From positions 1-24,823 of the forward strand of contig JAHIRX010000045.1 in NCBI GenBank assembly GCA_018818485.1: a DNA stretch of 24,823 bases, given 5' to 3'. The DNA is from Patescibacteria group bacterium (GTDB taxonomy: Bacteria; Patescibacteriota; WWE3; UBA101185; UBA10185). Position 1 is the first letter of the stretch, and each line of letters starts with the position of its first letter. The translations under genes were made by a program, and so were the position numbers. Shown here piece after piece: positions 24,229 through 24,823 of the stretch. The notes below the pieces were generated by a model that was not told the origin of the DNA, made no database searches, and saw nothing but the letters and a program-made list of their open reading frames with translations.

Positions 24229-24823
24229 CCCTTATCTGGTACTAACCCATAAAACTTGACTAGTTCTTTGGCAATATCCATCCAAAGAGGGGCAGCGGTT
24301 TCAGCAGCATAAACAGACTCTTGAGGCTCTTCTAACTTAACAATCATACTAAATTCTTTCGAACCTGCTAAAAACCCAACAAATGTGGCGTTTGTTCTAT
24401 TTGGAGAATACTTCCCCCCTTCTGGAATCTGTGCCGTACCTGTTTTTCCAGCTACTCTATAATTGTTTAACATAAAATATTTGGCCTCTCCTCCTTCTGC
24501 TGCTTTTTCCAGAAGATCAACCATAGTATCCGCTGTTTCTTTTGAGATCACTCTTCTAACATTTTTAGTCGGAATATCCGTTTCCCAATCACTACTAATA
24601 ATCCTATCAATCACCCTTGGCTCTAATAGATAACCTCCGTTTGCAATAACATTAAAGGCATTTAATAGTTGAAGAGGAGTAGTTGAAACACCCTGACCAA
24701 AAGCAGCTGTGGCTAAATCAATATCTGTCCACTCATCAACATCTCTTAGTATTCCTGCATCCTCACCTTCAAGATCAATACTAGTTTTTGAACCTAATCC
24801 AAAGTTTTTAAAATATGTATAAA
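24225..24823 (-). CDS. Class B penicillin-binding protein (FtsI/PBP2 type), C-terminal part of the transpeptidase domain
   Basis: The frame stays open to the window edge: YTYFKNFGLGSKTSIDLEGE...ATAAFGQGVSTTPLQLLNAFNVIANGG...VAGKTGTAQ...AAETAAP. The track start at 24614 is an internal codon. Confidence 0.92.
   Translation of the reverse strand, partial: YTYFKNFGLGSKTSIDLEGEDAGILRDVDEWTDIDLATAAFGQGVSTTPLQLLNAFNVIANGGYLLEPRVIDRIISSDWETDIPTKNVRRVISKETADTMVDLLEKAAEGGEAKYFMLNNYRVAGKTGTAQIPEGGKYSPNRTNATFVGFLAGSKEFSMIVKLEEPQESVYAAETAAPLWMDIAKELVKFYGLVPDKG

Overview
AT-rich, gene-dense chromosomal segment. It uses genetic code 11 (TGA is the stop of ftsW, ppsA and the class A PBP). Gene content and protein style suggest a Patescibacteria/CPR genome, probably Microgenomates/WWE3-like (inference). 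Left to right: a minus-strand operon (4-TM holin-like protein, secG, murA-like, mraY, ftsW, murG partial); uvrC; a secreted transglutaminase-like protein; a small orphan gene; uvrA; an orphan 2-TM membrane protein with a long structured 5' leader; a class A PBP; uvrB divergent from lexA; a DedA-phosphoglycerate mutase fusion convergent with ppsA-eno; a sensor-less histidine kinase with a stand-alone receiver; an LCP protein; and the 3' end of a class B PBP. I found no rRNA, tRNA, CRISPR array, transposase, integrase or phage structural gene. Best leads: (1) a self-contained cassette at about 11010-11945, with a near-consensus promoter, a roughly 230-nt leader holding a strand-specific 24-bp hairpin and twin GGUUUAACC hairpins, an orphan membrane protein and tandem terminators; (2) adjacent MurA and MraY homologues that both lack normally invariant catalytic residues; (3) a DedA-dPGM fusion; (4) widespread apparently leaderless gene starts; (5) a candidate LexA operator. 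All assignments come from motif recognition by eye; no database searches or folding programs were run.
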